Assembly: GCA_051294375.1 (NCBI GenBank)
Contig: CM119263.1
Span: 28,433,280-28,497,279 of the forward strand
Direction of reading: 5' to 3'
Source of the DNA: Paraspadella gotoi
Lineage: Eukaryota; Animalia; Chaetognatha
DNA length: 64,000 bases
Positions 39,457 to 51,420 of this stretch are shown piece by piece; the first letter of the stretch is position 1; each line of letters opens with the position of its first letter. Made by a program: the position numbers and the translations under genes. The notes beneath the pieces are model-generated. The model did no database searches. It saw only the letters and a program-made list of their open reading frames with translations, and was not told where the DNA came from.

Positions 39457-41120
39457 GATACGTCGCTTCTGTTGCGTCGGACGTCGGACGAGTGAAAGTG
39501 AAAAATGACGGGAGTGAAGAGGGAGGAGTGAAAAAAAAGGAAAAAATAGGAAAAGGAAAAAGGAAAGTTGAAAAAAAAGTGCGGGGAACAGAGTGAGAAA
39601 AATATAGGAGCTAAAAGACGAATAAAATAATGATAAACGCAACATGATAAAAAAGAACAAAAAATATAAAAAAGTAGAAAATACAACGAAGAATCAATAA
39701 AAATATTATTTCTGTTCAGTTTCTACTTTTTTATTTCAATCGAAGTTATCAAATTTATTCTTTTCTTCGATGCAGCCATCGCAGATTCAGTTTTTATCTT
39801 GGGTTTTCCTTCATCTCCCTTTTACCCTCTCCTTCTCCTCCCTCACCTCTCCCCCTTCTTCTTCCTCCCTCACATCCCCCCCTCCATCCTCTTTTCCAGA
39901 CGATACGAGTCAGCATTTAAATTCTTCTCCCGTCGCCGCAGAAACTACATCCACAGAATCGCGAGACATCGTCTCGTTCNNNNNNNNNNNNNNNNNNNNN
40001 NNNNNNNNNNNNNNNNNNNNNNNNNNNNNNNNNNNNNNNNNNNNNNNNNNNNNNNNNNNNNNNNNNNNNNNNNNNNNNNNNNNNNNNNNNNNNNNNNNNN
40101 NNNNNNNNNNNNNNNNNNNNNNNNNNNNNNNNNNNNNNNNNNNNNNNNNNNNNNNNNNNNNNNNNNNNNNNNNNNNNNNNNNNNNNNNNNNNNNNNNNNN
40201 NNNNNNNNNNNNNNNNNNNNNNNNNNNNNNNNNNNNNNNNNNNNNNNNNNNNNNNNNNNNNNNNNNNNNNNNNNNNNNNNNNNNNNNNNNNNNNNNNNNN
40301 NNNNNNNNNNNNNNNNNNNNNNNNNNNNNNNNNNNNNNNNNNNNNNNNNNNNNNNNNNNNNNNNNNNNNNNNNNNNNNNNNNNNNNNNNNNNNNNNNNNN
40401 NNNNNNNNNNNNNNNNNNNNNNNNNNNNNNNNNNNNNNNNNNNNNNNNNNNNNNNNNNNNNNNNNNNNNNNNNNNNNNNNNNNNNNNNNNNNNNNNNNNN
40501 NNNNNNNNNNNNNNNNNNNNNNNNNNNNNNNNNNNNNNNNNNNNNNNNNNNNNNNNNNNNNNNNNNNNNNNNNNNNNNNNNNNNNNNNNNNNNNNNNNNN
40601 NNNNNNNNNNNNNNNNNNNNNNNNNNNNNNNNNNNNNNNNNNNNNNNNNNNNNNNNNNNNNNNNNNNNNNNNNNNNNNNNNNNNTCTCTCTCTCTCTCGC
40701 CTCCTTTAATTGACGCTCCCGTCGGACAGAAACCGCGAACGAGAAAAATTACGCTCGAACCAATTCACGCGATGAGAATCACGTGACAGCTTTCATTTGT
40801 TTCGTTCACCTCAGTTCGTCAGTTCGTCAGTTCGTCAGTTCTGTTTTGTATTATTAGTTTTATACTTAACACAAATATATATGTATTTTTATCATTTTAT
40901 TTGTTAATAGTTCCCATTTTTTTGTTCTCAGAGATTCGAATAATATTGATTTTTTATTTTTTTAAATTTTTTTTATAATTAAATTGGTACTGCACGATAA
41001 AAATCATCCATTAAATAAATAAGCTAACTTGCCCCCGTCTTATCACTGTATCCCCTTATTGATTCTCTAAACGGCCTTCAATGCGCACATCCTCGCATGA
41101 GCCAAGACGTTTCCATTTAC

Positions 41121-41182
41121 GAATCACCGTCAAAGTAAAACTGTAAGAAGCCAAGAACTAATAAAAGTGATAAAACTGTCAT
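41121..41182 (-). CDS. Candidate signal-peptide first exon MTVLSLLLVLGFLQFYFDGD(S), phase-2 donor; rest of gene probably in the 39980-40684 gap
   Basis: ATG at 41182, hydrophobic stretch, donor TC|GTAAAT. A possible terminal exon ...NETMSRDSVDVVSAATGEEFKC* lies at ~39910-39979. Confidence 0.3.
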
Positions 41183-42426
41183 ATTGTCACGATTTTCCGC
41201 TTCTCGGAGCAGAAAAGATCCGTCGTCGTCGTAGTCGTCGTCGTCGTCGTAGTCGTAGTCGTAGTCGTCTTTCGCCAATTTCCAATCAAACTCGGATTCC
41301 TTTTCCCTTCGTCCTAAGCCTATCTTTGTCATGAGCTGATCCTATCTCCTCAACATTTCTTCTTTCGACATTTTGCTGACCCACATACCTAACGACGTGA
41401 ATCATATATACATGATTTTATATCCCGTTTAACATTGAACTAACTTGTACGTACCTCTTCAAAAACGTAAACTTTATTCGCTCGTTACGCTTCCAGGAGC
41501 ATAAGCATTTTCTAATCACCAATAACGGCTTATTCACCTGTTGCCAATCGCCTATTTCAGCTAGACCTGTCTTTGTCCAACTTCTCTCTCTTCCTATCTC
41601 ATGTTATCTCAACTCAGCTGTCAAATTATCTCATCTTTTTTATACTTTAGGACTAGAGTTAAAATAGTCTAAGAGTTGAAATATTAACTGATCTCAATTC
41701 TTCTCTCAACCCATCTCGGCTTAAATTCTCTATCTCTACTTCTCTCTGCCCGATCTCTTCTCCTCTTATCTAAGTTCTTCTCTCAAACCATCTCGACTTC
41801 TCTATCTATACTTCTCTCTGCCCTATCTCTCTCCCCGCTCGGCCTTCGATCCCTCGACCGGTTTCTCCTGACGCCAGCACAATTTTTTTTTCTCTTCTCT
41901 TTGCTTATCTGTCTTATCTGACTTATCTTTCTTTTTGTTTCTATCTTCTTGGAGACGTAAAAAGAAAGAAATGAAAAAAGAAAGAAAGCTCCTTAAGTCG
42001 AATGGAATCCGCTTGTCCTTTTGCTCCGATTTAAAAAAGAAAAAAAAGAGCAAGAGAAAAAAATCGAAAGCGTCGGTGGAACTTGAGTAAATGTTACAAA
42101 ATGTTTACATTTACAGTTTTTGATGATACATTTTCTCACTTTCTCTCTTTCTCTCTCTATGTCATTCTCAGTCTTACGCTCTCTCTATCATTGTCTCTAA
42201 AGACTCGGTTAACCAATTACAAGAAATAGCCGGTAAAAAAATAAACACATATATTCGGCCATAACAAATTACGGTAAAACAAAGTAGACAATCTAACAAT
42301 TAAAAAAATCTTATGTTAAAAATACTTAAAAGTTTTTAACACGTTTTTTCTTACGCCGACAATCTCACAGAACTTTCAGACTAATCTCTTTTTACATTAA
42401 TTTTCACCCTTTTCATCTTGAATCAA

Positions 42427-45400
42427 TTATTTTCCTTTTCCCTTCGACTCCCAAACTTTTCTCGTCATCTCGCTCCATTTCTCTCGTCCCAAAAACTCCT
42501 TCACTCTCAACTCGTCCTTCATGTCTCTTCGAATCTGCGCAAAGTCCGCCTCTAACAGCAACTTCTTCAAATGCCGCAAGTCGTCGAAGATTCGCACGTG
42601 CGGCATTTCGTACCAATCGGAGAACTGCATCCAATACATCTCGGCCTCGGCGTCTTCGTCCATGTCGACGTTCGGACTGTACGGGTGAGAGCTGAGTCCG
42701 TCCTCCACTCTTGGTCGCGTGGCCGTCTCCAGTCCGGGCGTGTTGACGCAATAAGGGACGCTGACCATCGTCCGGTCGTGACCCAGGCCGACCGTCATCT
42801 TCCCCGTCAAAGGCTCAACGAACGAATGATTCAAAAGAAATTTGGGTGAGGGCATAAAGAGGGGCACGCCCACGGCATACAGTTCCGTGATACGCAAGGA
42901 AAATACAGAATACGGTATATACACCGCGGCTCGATACTTCGCCAATTCTTCGATATTAAACTCGCGAGTGTCGTGAGAGTTTTTCACGTAGCGAGTCTTT
43001 ATCTCCGGGTTTAAATAAGATTCAACGTTTTTAGAAAATTCACTTTTATAAAATTTAAAAGTGAAAATCAAAAGGGAATCGTGAGTTTCGCGTGATTCGA
43101 TGTGATTCAAATGATAAGCGCCGAAAGTGGGAACCAATAAAGGATCGATCCCCGTGTAATACTTCATGTATTCCAAATCGTATCGATTAGTGACCCCGAC
43201 TGAGCTGCGTTTTTCACGGGACCAAATCCTTAATTGTCCATTGAACGAATTCCACATTTCAACTGTGCACTGAGCCAAGTTGTATCGATGAGCCGACACT
43301 ATGATGACTGGTCGATCGAACGGAACCCAAAGTTGACAAACGGAAGGAGGAAAGGAGCAAACGAAGGCGTCGATCTTTTTCACTCTTTCGTCGTCTTTGT
43401 AGAAATTGTAATTTTCCTCAACCCAACGCGGTTCTTGCAGAATCGTGTCCTTGACGTAGACTTGGAAAACTGGGGACAATTCGGTGATGAAGGAAACTCC
43501 CGGCCAATCGTTCACTTGAGGATAATTTTTCAATCTTCCGTGAAATCCCATGATCGTGACGTTGATGCCGAATGTGGACAGCGTCGCCGTCACGTGAGTT
43601 CGACTTCCCTGATGCATGTCCACCGTCGCGAAACTCAAATCGCGAGGAAAGTGAATCGATTTCGATAATTTGGTTTCCAAGGCAACGGACGCGATTTTCT
43701 TGAGCGTTTCACCGCTAGAAACGATTCTCTCTTTTAAATCCGAAGAGAATCCGAGGCAGGAAAACACTTCGTAACCAGGGAATCGATATCCGACTGAAAG
43801 AAGAGATTCAATCCAAAGTTGAACGAGAAAAACGTCGTCGATTTCCACGAATCCGCGTTCGTAAAGATCGATCCAAAGAGACTCCAGTTTGTCGAGAAAA
43901 TCTCTATCGTCGTCGACGTCATTCCTAATGAAATTGATCAATTCAGTCGTTGAATAAGCTATATTGTGCCCATGACTGTGGGCAGTATAAAGCTTGAAAT
44001 CTTGAAAGCGTGAAAGCTTGCAGGGACCTGCTATGTCATTATCTTGTAAGAGTGATGGAGGCCTAAAACCACCAAAGCCTGTTCAAAGTCAGGGGCAAGA
44101 TAGCTTATTTATTAAAGAATGGCTAATTTTTATTATTGGTTGTACAAATTTCATAGCATAGGCGTAACAGGACCCTGCAAGCATTTAATCACACTCAAAC
44201 TCTCACAATCTCACACTCTCACCTTGCTTTCCTAACGTAATTCCTAACGACGTGATCGACTAAAACCCCGCTTGTGTCGGTAAAGCTGAGTTTCGGCCTC
44301 AAAGTCGGCCAAGTACGAGTGAGGGTTTCGGTCTTGCACCACGAGAGGGCGTGGCAAGAAACGAGGGACAGTCCGACGTCGGGGAACAGCGCCTGCGCGG
44401 CGTAGGATCGCCAGATGTCAGAGACGCGGCCGTGGACCGTGGACGGAAGGAAGAGGGCCCAGAAGGCGTCGTAGAAATGAAAGAGTGGCTTGAGCGTTGT
44501 ATGGGGAGATGAGACGAGGAGGGACTCTGACCACCGGCTGGGTGAAGGTGTAATTGGAGTCTGTGATGTAAATAAATAAATATATTATCACTGGCTCCAT
44601 TTTTATAAATATTAATTTTAAATCTATTTTAAACAATATTTTGACTTGAGAAGATAAGACGATGATATGTCATTGCCTGCCATTAAAATGACACAAAAAT
44701 TACACATAACAAACATATATCCAATTCAAAACAAACCTTGATATGGAGGAGCTTTCGCTTTCGATGGCGATCAAAAAACGGAGTTTTTTTGGTCAATGCT
44801 ATAAATGGCATCAAAGTCTGGCTGAATATCTGCAAGAGATTGCAATACGCCAAATTTGACGGATTCTTGGTTCACTGGTTTTAATGGGCGGTTCAAGTCG
44901 AATTTTTCGAATGAGATCGAGAGGAAAACCTCGTGGCCAAGTTGGAAAGTGTGGACCACCTAAAATTGGGTAAGGGTTGAAGGCGACGGTTTGGTTATCG
45001 TGGTCGGGTTCCACGATTCCGTAACCTGGGAAAGAAGAAATATTCCTTATTTTATTTATAGTTCATAAGCGTAAAAAATAAATAAGTCTTTTTTGTTAAA
45101 GCGCTGGGATTTTCTCGCTAAAGGTCGATTATTCGATAATTTTAAGTCATTGTTTTTTTTTTGGTTATGAAAATTAGTATTTCTCTAATATGAAATTTGT
45201 GAACAAATCGTTTACTAAGATGGCATTTAACGATTCCCTTCGAGTTTAAACTCTTGAACGCCTAAAAATCAAAAGTTATCTAATTGACTTACTTCCAGGA
45301 TCCTTAAGGTAAGTCCCAATACTGAGCGTAGGGTCGGGCGTCGCCCCGTCCATCCAAAACTTCAACGAGTTGTCATCGTCGAAATCCCAAATGAATTTGG

Positions 45401-46645
45401 CTCCACGAGCGACGGCGAACAAGAACCCGACGTTTTTGCGTCCAAAGTTTTTCCAGGGAAGAAAATCGATGAGATTGCCGCCAATTTGAGATTGGGTTGA
45501 GTCGGAGAGAAAGATTATGTTGTCTCCCAGGGTCGAGTCGAAGTAGTAGTCCTTTTAAAATATTAAGTATCTAAATGAAATAAGTAAACGGATAAAAAAA
45601 TTGAAAAAAATAAAATTTACGAACCTAATTAGAATTTAAACAACCGTCAGAAAAAAAAAAAACGAAAAGAGAACAAAAAGATACTGACCGACGAGACAAA
45701 AACAGACACATTGACTATTGAAGGACAGATAGAAAGACAGAAAGAAAGATAGGACAAAATTACATTCAGAATGTTAAAATTACGAAATGACAAAAACTTC
45801 TGGTTCTATATTATTCGATAAAGTTATACCAACAAATCGCGAGAGATAATTTTACAAAGAAAAGAGCAACGCTCACTTGTGGCGCTCCTTTGTCGCCGAC
45901 GACGACGACGCACCAATCGGTGGCGTAAAGAAATCTTCTCACTGCTTCGCTAGGTGGCGAGAATATCGTAGTCACCACCGCCCATTTCGAACCGCAGGAG
46001 TCAAATCTATTGTAAAAGAATCTGAATTTGGAATATATAAAGTTAAAAAAAATATATATGAATATAAGGGAATAGAATGAAATACATACAATAAATACAA
46101 CATACGAATATATTAATATGAAATGAATGAATAAATTTAAATCAAATGATTAACAGAATAACTCATTACAGAAAATAGAAATTGTCAATTGATTAAATAC
46201 TGATGACGGTCCATGGATAGACATTAAACCAATCGAAAGAATGAATATTATACATAAATACTAAAATAAATAATAATATAAATAATACATAAATAGACTA
46301 TAAAGAGCCTAAAATAAACTGATTAGACAAGAAATGTAACATACCATGAACATTTTTTTTCTCAACTCACCTTCCAGTTTTGACCCCTCTATCTTCATCG
46401 CAGTTTCTTTGCCGAGAATATCCGGTCCAGTATCGTCGTCTATTTGCCGGGAATTCCCGAATTTTGTTACCGGTAAAAAGATTTCCGGTCGTTGCCGAGC
46501 CAACGGCTTTTGCGATCAAGTCGTCGGCTGTTTAATATTACGAAATTATTTGGCACTGACTCTCTCTCTATTTTCTCTTCATTGACATACCTGGTCTAAC
46601 CACCTCTCTTGACGACCCTTCCCACCAAAATTGGCGCCAGGTCAT
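42427..46645 (-). CDS. Two-domain putative glycosyltransferase: STELLO/DUF288-like domain plus C-terminal GT-B-like domain (~900 aa); several 1-bp indels in exons 5-6
   Basis: Exons 46645-46591 (uncertain), 46527-46371, 46006-45877, 45551-45293, 45025-44737, 44560-44223, 43924-42427. STELLO-like motifs: KWAVVTT, WCVVVVGDKGAP, LPWKNFGRKNVGFLFAVARGAKFIWDFDDDN, FNPYP...TWPRGFPL, GVLQSLADIQPDFDAIY, PYNAQATL, FWALFLPSTVHGRVSDIWRSY, QDRNPHSYLADFEAE, LYERGFVEIDDV...W...LLSVGYRFP. Then ~440 aa with DMHQG, AFVCSFPP, NRYDLEY, YRAAVYIPYS, ELYAVGVPLFMPS, FSDWY..PH. Confidence 0.8.
44048..44125 (-). repeat. Interspersed repeat fragment (second family) in the last intron of the glycosyltransferase gene
   Basis: Reverse-complement match to 23438-23512. 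Confidence 0.75.
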
Positions 46646-47193
46646 AAATAACGAGACCAAAATTAAAAGACTAAAAATTAATTTTAAATTTCTCATTTTT
46701 TTTTTCGTCGAAGTTTAAACTGAATATGAAAAGTGGGACATTTAAAAAAAGTTATCTCGTTTCAGGAAAAAGACACAATAACTAATTGATGGTCATTTGA
46801 GGTGAGATGTGACCTTAAAAGCGAAAAGCTTTCGAGTATTGACGGCGAAAAATTGGGTCAATCGTATGAAATTATTAACTGAATAAAATCTATTTGGCGG
46901 AGTGGTTGAATACAGACTGTGAATTGGTAAAAGCGAAACAGAAACACAGGCTCTATAACGTCAATGTATTGATACAAATGAGATGGTTGTCAAAAAAATT
47001 TAATTAAAAGTAATTAAAAAATTAATTTAGGAATTTCGACTGACAATCTAACTTATAGACGAGAAAGTTTTTGAGAGAGAATCCGTTAAAAGGAAATGAC
47101 TGATTTGAAAAAAAAAAAAACAATTTCTTTATTTTTTAAATACTATATAGAATTAATAAATAATTCTGTCTGTCTCTTTCTTTTTTTATAATG

Positions 47194-47409
47194 GAATCAA
47201 AAAAGTCCCTGCAGAGTCAATTTTAGAATAGTAAGTTTGCGAAACACCTCAGTCGATTGCGCCTGCGCCACTGATGGCATTTACGACGCCAATGTAACGG
47301 CATCGACCCAATTTTATTACAATTCTGCAAAGGTCGACTCCTACGTTTACAAAAGAATTTCACGGATTCGTGAACAGCGATACGAGGCGATCTCGGTGAA
47401 TTTTCTGTG
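47194..47409 (+). CDS. Candidate exon of an unassigned secreted or extracellular protein
   Basis: Open frame NQKSPCRVNFRIVSLRNTSVDCACATDGIYDANVTASTQFYYNSAKVDSYVYKRISRIREQRYEAISVNFL* after a pyrimidine tract; Cys residues and N-x-S/T sites. Confidence 0.3.
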
Positions 47410-48799
47410 AGAGTAAAAAACGGACGTTTGGTTGTTCTGGTTGTGAATAATATTAACTCAACGTCTGCTTCTGTCTTTCGTCAGTGAATTCGAACGGTGA
47501 TCAGTGAACCTCGTTCACCCTCTACGACTGTCAACCCGTGAATATCGATTGCTCACCGAATGAGACCAACAAATACTAAAACGAGTTTCACGACTTCGCT
47601 TCGGGCTTCGTCGTCGTCGTCGTCGTCGTAGCAAATTCTTGTTTTTCTTTTACGAGCTAGTTGTCGTTGTCGTTGTTATCTTTCTCCCGGTCGTTCTATT
47701 TATACTAATAGGGTTAAGTTTCTCATTTGTCATTGTTATCCTCATCTTGTTGAATGTCTAGTGAATTTTTGTTGTCGTCGTTATATCTTCTTTTCTCGTT
47801 TTGTCGTTGTTGTAGTAGTAAACGTCGTCGTTGTTGTTGTCGTCGTAGTCGTTGGCAAAGCTTCGTCGAAACTCCATCGTGTTTTGACAAGATAATTAGG
47901 AAGGAACGAGTTAAGGGGCAGATGGAAAATGGAGCACGGAAAGAAAATGGAGACAGAAAAGAAGATAGAAATATTGAAAAATAGAAAGAAAGAAAGAAAG
48001 AATAAAAGAAAGAAAGAAAGAAAGAAAGAAATAAAGAAATAAAGAAAGAAAGAAAGAAAGAAAAAAGATAAAAGTATTAAAGAAGGAGTAGGGTAAAAAG
48101 AAAAAAAAGAAAGAAAGAAAGAAAAAAAGGAAAGATAGAAATACTAAACAAGGAGTAGGGTAAAAAGAAAGAAAGAAAGAAAAAAGAAAGAAAGAAAGAA
48201 AGAGAGAAAGAAAGAAAGAAAGAAAGAAAGAAAAAAAGAAAGAAAGTCAAAACAAGAAGTAGTCCAAAAACCCTCATCCGCGAGATTCGGTGTTGAATTA
48301 TTAACTAAGAAAAAAAAGTTATAAATTTTCTCCGCCGGAAATGGAATTTGCCGGAAAAGATGAACGGGCCGGAAAAAAATAGAGAAGGAAAAAGATAAGG
48401 AGAGAGAGGAAAAAGAGGGGAAAGGGATGAGGATGAAAAAAAAGGAAAAGATGAAAAGGATAAGAGAAAAAAAGGACGAGAGAAATCAGAAGATAAATGA
48501 GCAAATGATGAGGAGCGAAAAAAAACAAGGAAGCCGAAAAAAAATGACGGGAAAAAAAAAAAAAAAAAAAACAACAGGGAAAAAAACACATGATTTTTTT
48601 TGTTTCGTTTTTTGTTTTTCGGTTTTAGTTGCGAAGCGATTATTCGCGGGGCGACTCCATGTAAATAATTTTTTGGTCAGTTTGTTGGACTGTTCGTTTA
48701 TCCTATTTGCGTTTTACATCATCATAACTTTGGTAATACTGTGGATATTGGATAAGGCGCTAAGTTGGCTGAAGATGACTATCTGTAACTTCCATAACC

Positions 48800-48915
48800 C
48801 CTTCTAGCAGCCATAGAACGGTTCCTGGGCTTGGAACCAGGCTTGAGGGTTTGCCACACCCCCAAGGCGGCTTACGGCCGTCCTCACGCTTCCCGCAGGG
48901 TTGGTACCGGGTTCA
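48800..48915 (-). mobile_element. SINE-like body fragment (copied again at ~57045-57160)
   Basis: Similar to 207-265; see that feature. Confidence 0.55.
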
Positions 48916-49127
48916 AGAAAGGCATTTGTATTTGTATTCTTGTGACCGTAGATTAATACGATCAGGTGTTAAAAAAAATCAATACGCCTTAGTTTAGTTA
49001 ATAAATAGTTCTTAAATAAATGCAAATAAGTAATAATCCATAAGATGCTTAATGTGCACGTTTACTACCTACGTAGTCACGTGATCATCTTCAAACGTTA
49101 GCAATTTCCCGGTTCTTGTTTCCCCTT

Positions 49128-49290
49128 TTTTTTGGTCAGTTCCTTTTTCCTTTCTATTTTTCCCCTTTTTTTGGTCAGTTCCTTTTTCCTTTCTATTTTT
49201 TCCCCTTTTTTTGGTCAGTTCTTTTTCCTTTCTATTTTTTCCCTTTTTTTTTGGTCAGTTCCTTTTCCTTTCTATTTTTTCCCTTTTTTT
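49128..49290. repeat. ~38-bp pyrimidine-rich minisatellite, 4-5 copies
   Basis: Unit TTTTTGGTCAGTTCCTTTTTCCTTTCTATTTTTTCCCC; duplicated at ~57380-57550. Confidence 0.85.
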
Positions 49291-50706
49291 TGGTCAGTTT
49301 CCTTTCTACCTTTCTCATTTCCTCCTTTTCTCTTTTTTTCTTTTCAACCCCAAACAATCCACCTCGAATCTCCCTTTTCGCAAATTCGTTTTTCTCCCTC
49401 GGGCGACGCCGTCGTTCAACGCGTGAGAAAAGGAATGAGACGACGACGATAAAACGGAACCGAAAACAACAACAACAACAACAACGAAGACGACGACGAC
49501 AGGGAGGAAAACAACTACAACAACTAACGCAACACTAACAAAGACAACATCTCCGAAAAATTAAAAGAACAGTATCATTACAACCACAACACAACACCAA
49601 ATCAGCAAAATCCACAACATAAATACGGACGACGAAAACAACAACGACGACAACAACAACAACGACCACAACATATCGACAAAAAACACAAGGCTAAAAA
49701 AAAAGCTCAATATCGTTTCCCTTCTTCTCCCCAGGAGGATAACAACGCACGTGGTTCCCTCTGTCGAAATGTCTCAATTTTTCGACCCCTAGCATCGAGC
49801 GGGCAATCAAGAGCTCAATCCCGTTGCCCCGCCGATCCACTGCCCTAACCACCCCACCGCCCACTACCCCTCCGTCCCGCCCTTTCATTTTCCCTTCCTT
49901 TGACCTCCCCTTCGCCCCATGTGGTCGCTAAACGCTGGACCCCGTCCTCCTTTGCCTCATATTCTCCTCAATGGACGAGGTTGCGTCTTTTTCTTCAATC
50001 TTCTAACGGTCCGGTTCGGCGTCCCGTTCGCCAATAACCCGGGGCTCGGCGGATATATAAGCCCGTCCGCGGGGCCGCTTATAGTGCGAGCTATGTCGCT
50101 AGGTTGGCTCTGTCACGTGAACTGCTCACGCGCCGTGCTACGGTCACGCCACGGTCTCGCCACGGACGGAGGAAGGCGCCGCATCACGACCCCGTATCGG
50201 ACTTTTTTGCTCTGAGCTCCTGACAAAGGACNNNNNNNNNNNNNNNNNNNNNNNNNNNNNNNNNNNNNNNNNNNNNNNNNNNNNNNNNNNNNNNNNNNNN
50301 NNNNNNNNNNNNNNNNNNNNNNNNNNNNNNNNNNNNNNNNNNNNNNNNNNNNNNNNNNNNNNNNNNNNNNNNNNNNNNNNNNNNNNNNNNNNNNNNNNNN
50401 NNNNNNNNNNNNNNNNNNNNNNNNNNNNNNNNNNNNNNNNNNNNNNGGAAGAAGAAAGAAAGGGGACTGGGTATAAAGAGAAGGAGTCAATACAAGAGGA
50501 GAGAAGAATCTTGAGAAGGCGCCAAAGGAGACAGGAATGGATGGTATGATAACGTAGCGGAAAAATGGGAAGAGAGAAGAAAGACTTATGAGAGGAAGGA
50601 ATTAGGATGGGAGAAAGAGAGAGAAAATATGAGGAGAAAATAAATAAGAAAAGAGAATGGGAAGAGGGAGAAGTTGAGAGGTATTTAAAGTCTGAAAAAT
50701 TAAAAA

Positions 50707-50802
<96 letters not shown>

Positions 50803-50925
50803 AGGTAATAAAATAGAAATTCTGCTACAGGAAAACTTGTTTCATTTATTCATTTTTTCGTTTTACGCGACGCGACGTTAAACTTAAACTTAAAGTCCGA
50901 AACAAATTGTCTCTTGTTCCGTCAT

Positions 50926-50964
<39 letters not shown>

Positions 50965-51120
50965 NNNNNNNNNNNNNNNNNNNNNNNNNNNNNNNNNNNN
51001 NNNNNNNNNNNNNNNNNNNNNNNNNNNNNNNNNNNNNNNNNNNNNNNNNNNNNNNNNNNNNNNNNNNNNNNNNNNNNNNNNNNNNNNNNNNNNNNNNNNN
51101 NNNNNNNNNNNNNNNNNNNN

Positions 51121-51420
51121 CTGCAACTCCGATCATGGCAACCTAGGATAATACCATTGTGACAATACGACCTAGAGATTCCACACCGATGAGGGTCATC
51201 AGCTGTCTGACTCTGAGCGGGCTAAAAACTCGTCTCTATCGTGCATCGATCTCTGGTTATTCCTGCTCTGGCTTAAATGAGAAGTGACCCGTTTAAATAT
51301 TCCAGTTGGTGAGAAACCTCGCACCCTGGTTATCACAAGGAAATCCACCGTTTTCTTAACATTCAACTTTTCTAATCTTCGAACTCTGGATAGGGACATT
51401 ATGACATTATGACATTATAA
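51121..51420 (+). mobile_element. Possible 3' fragment of a LINE
   Basis: Average-GC, non-repetitive segment ending in a short (ATGACATT)n-like tail; no diagnostic motif recognised. Confidence 0.2.

Noticed and set aside
42427-43941. Stand-alone intronless 504-aa gene as given by the ORF track
   Set aside because: The ORF starts at a non-ATG codon, begins within the DUF288 C-terminus and has an in-phase splice acceptor at 43924.
47231-47252. 22-nt micro-intron GTAAGT...CCTCAG
   Set aside because: The frame is open straight through it, and removing it breaks the frame.
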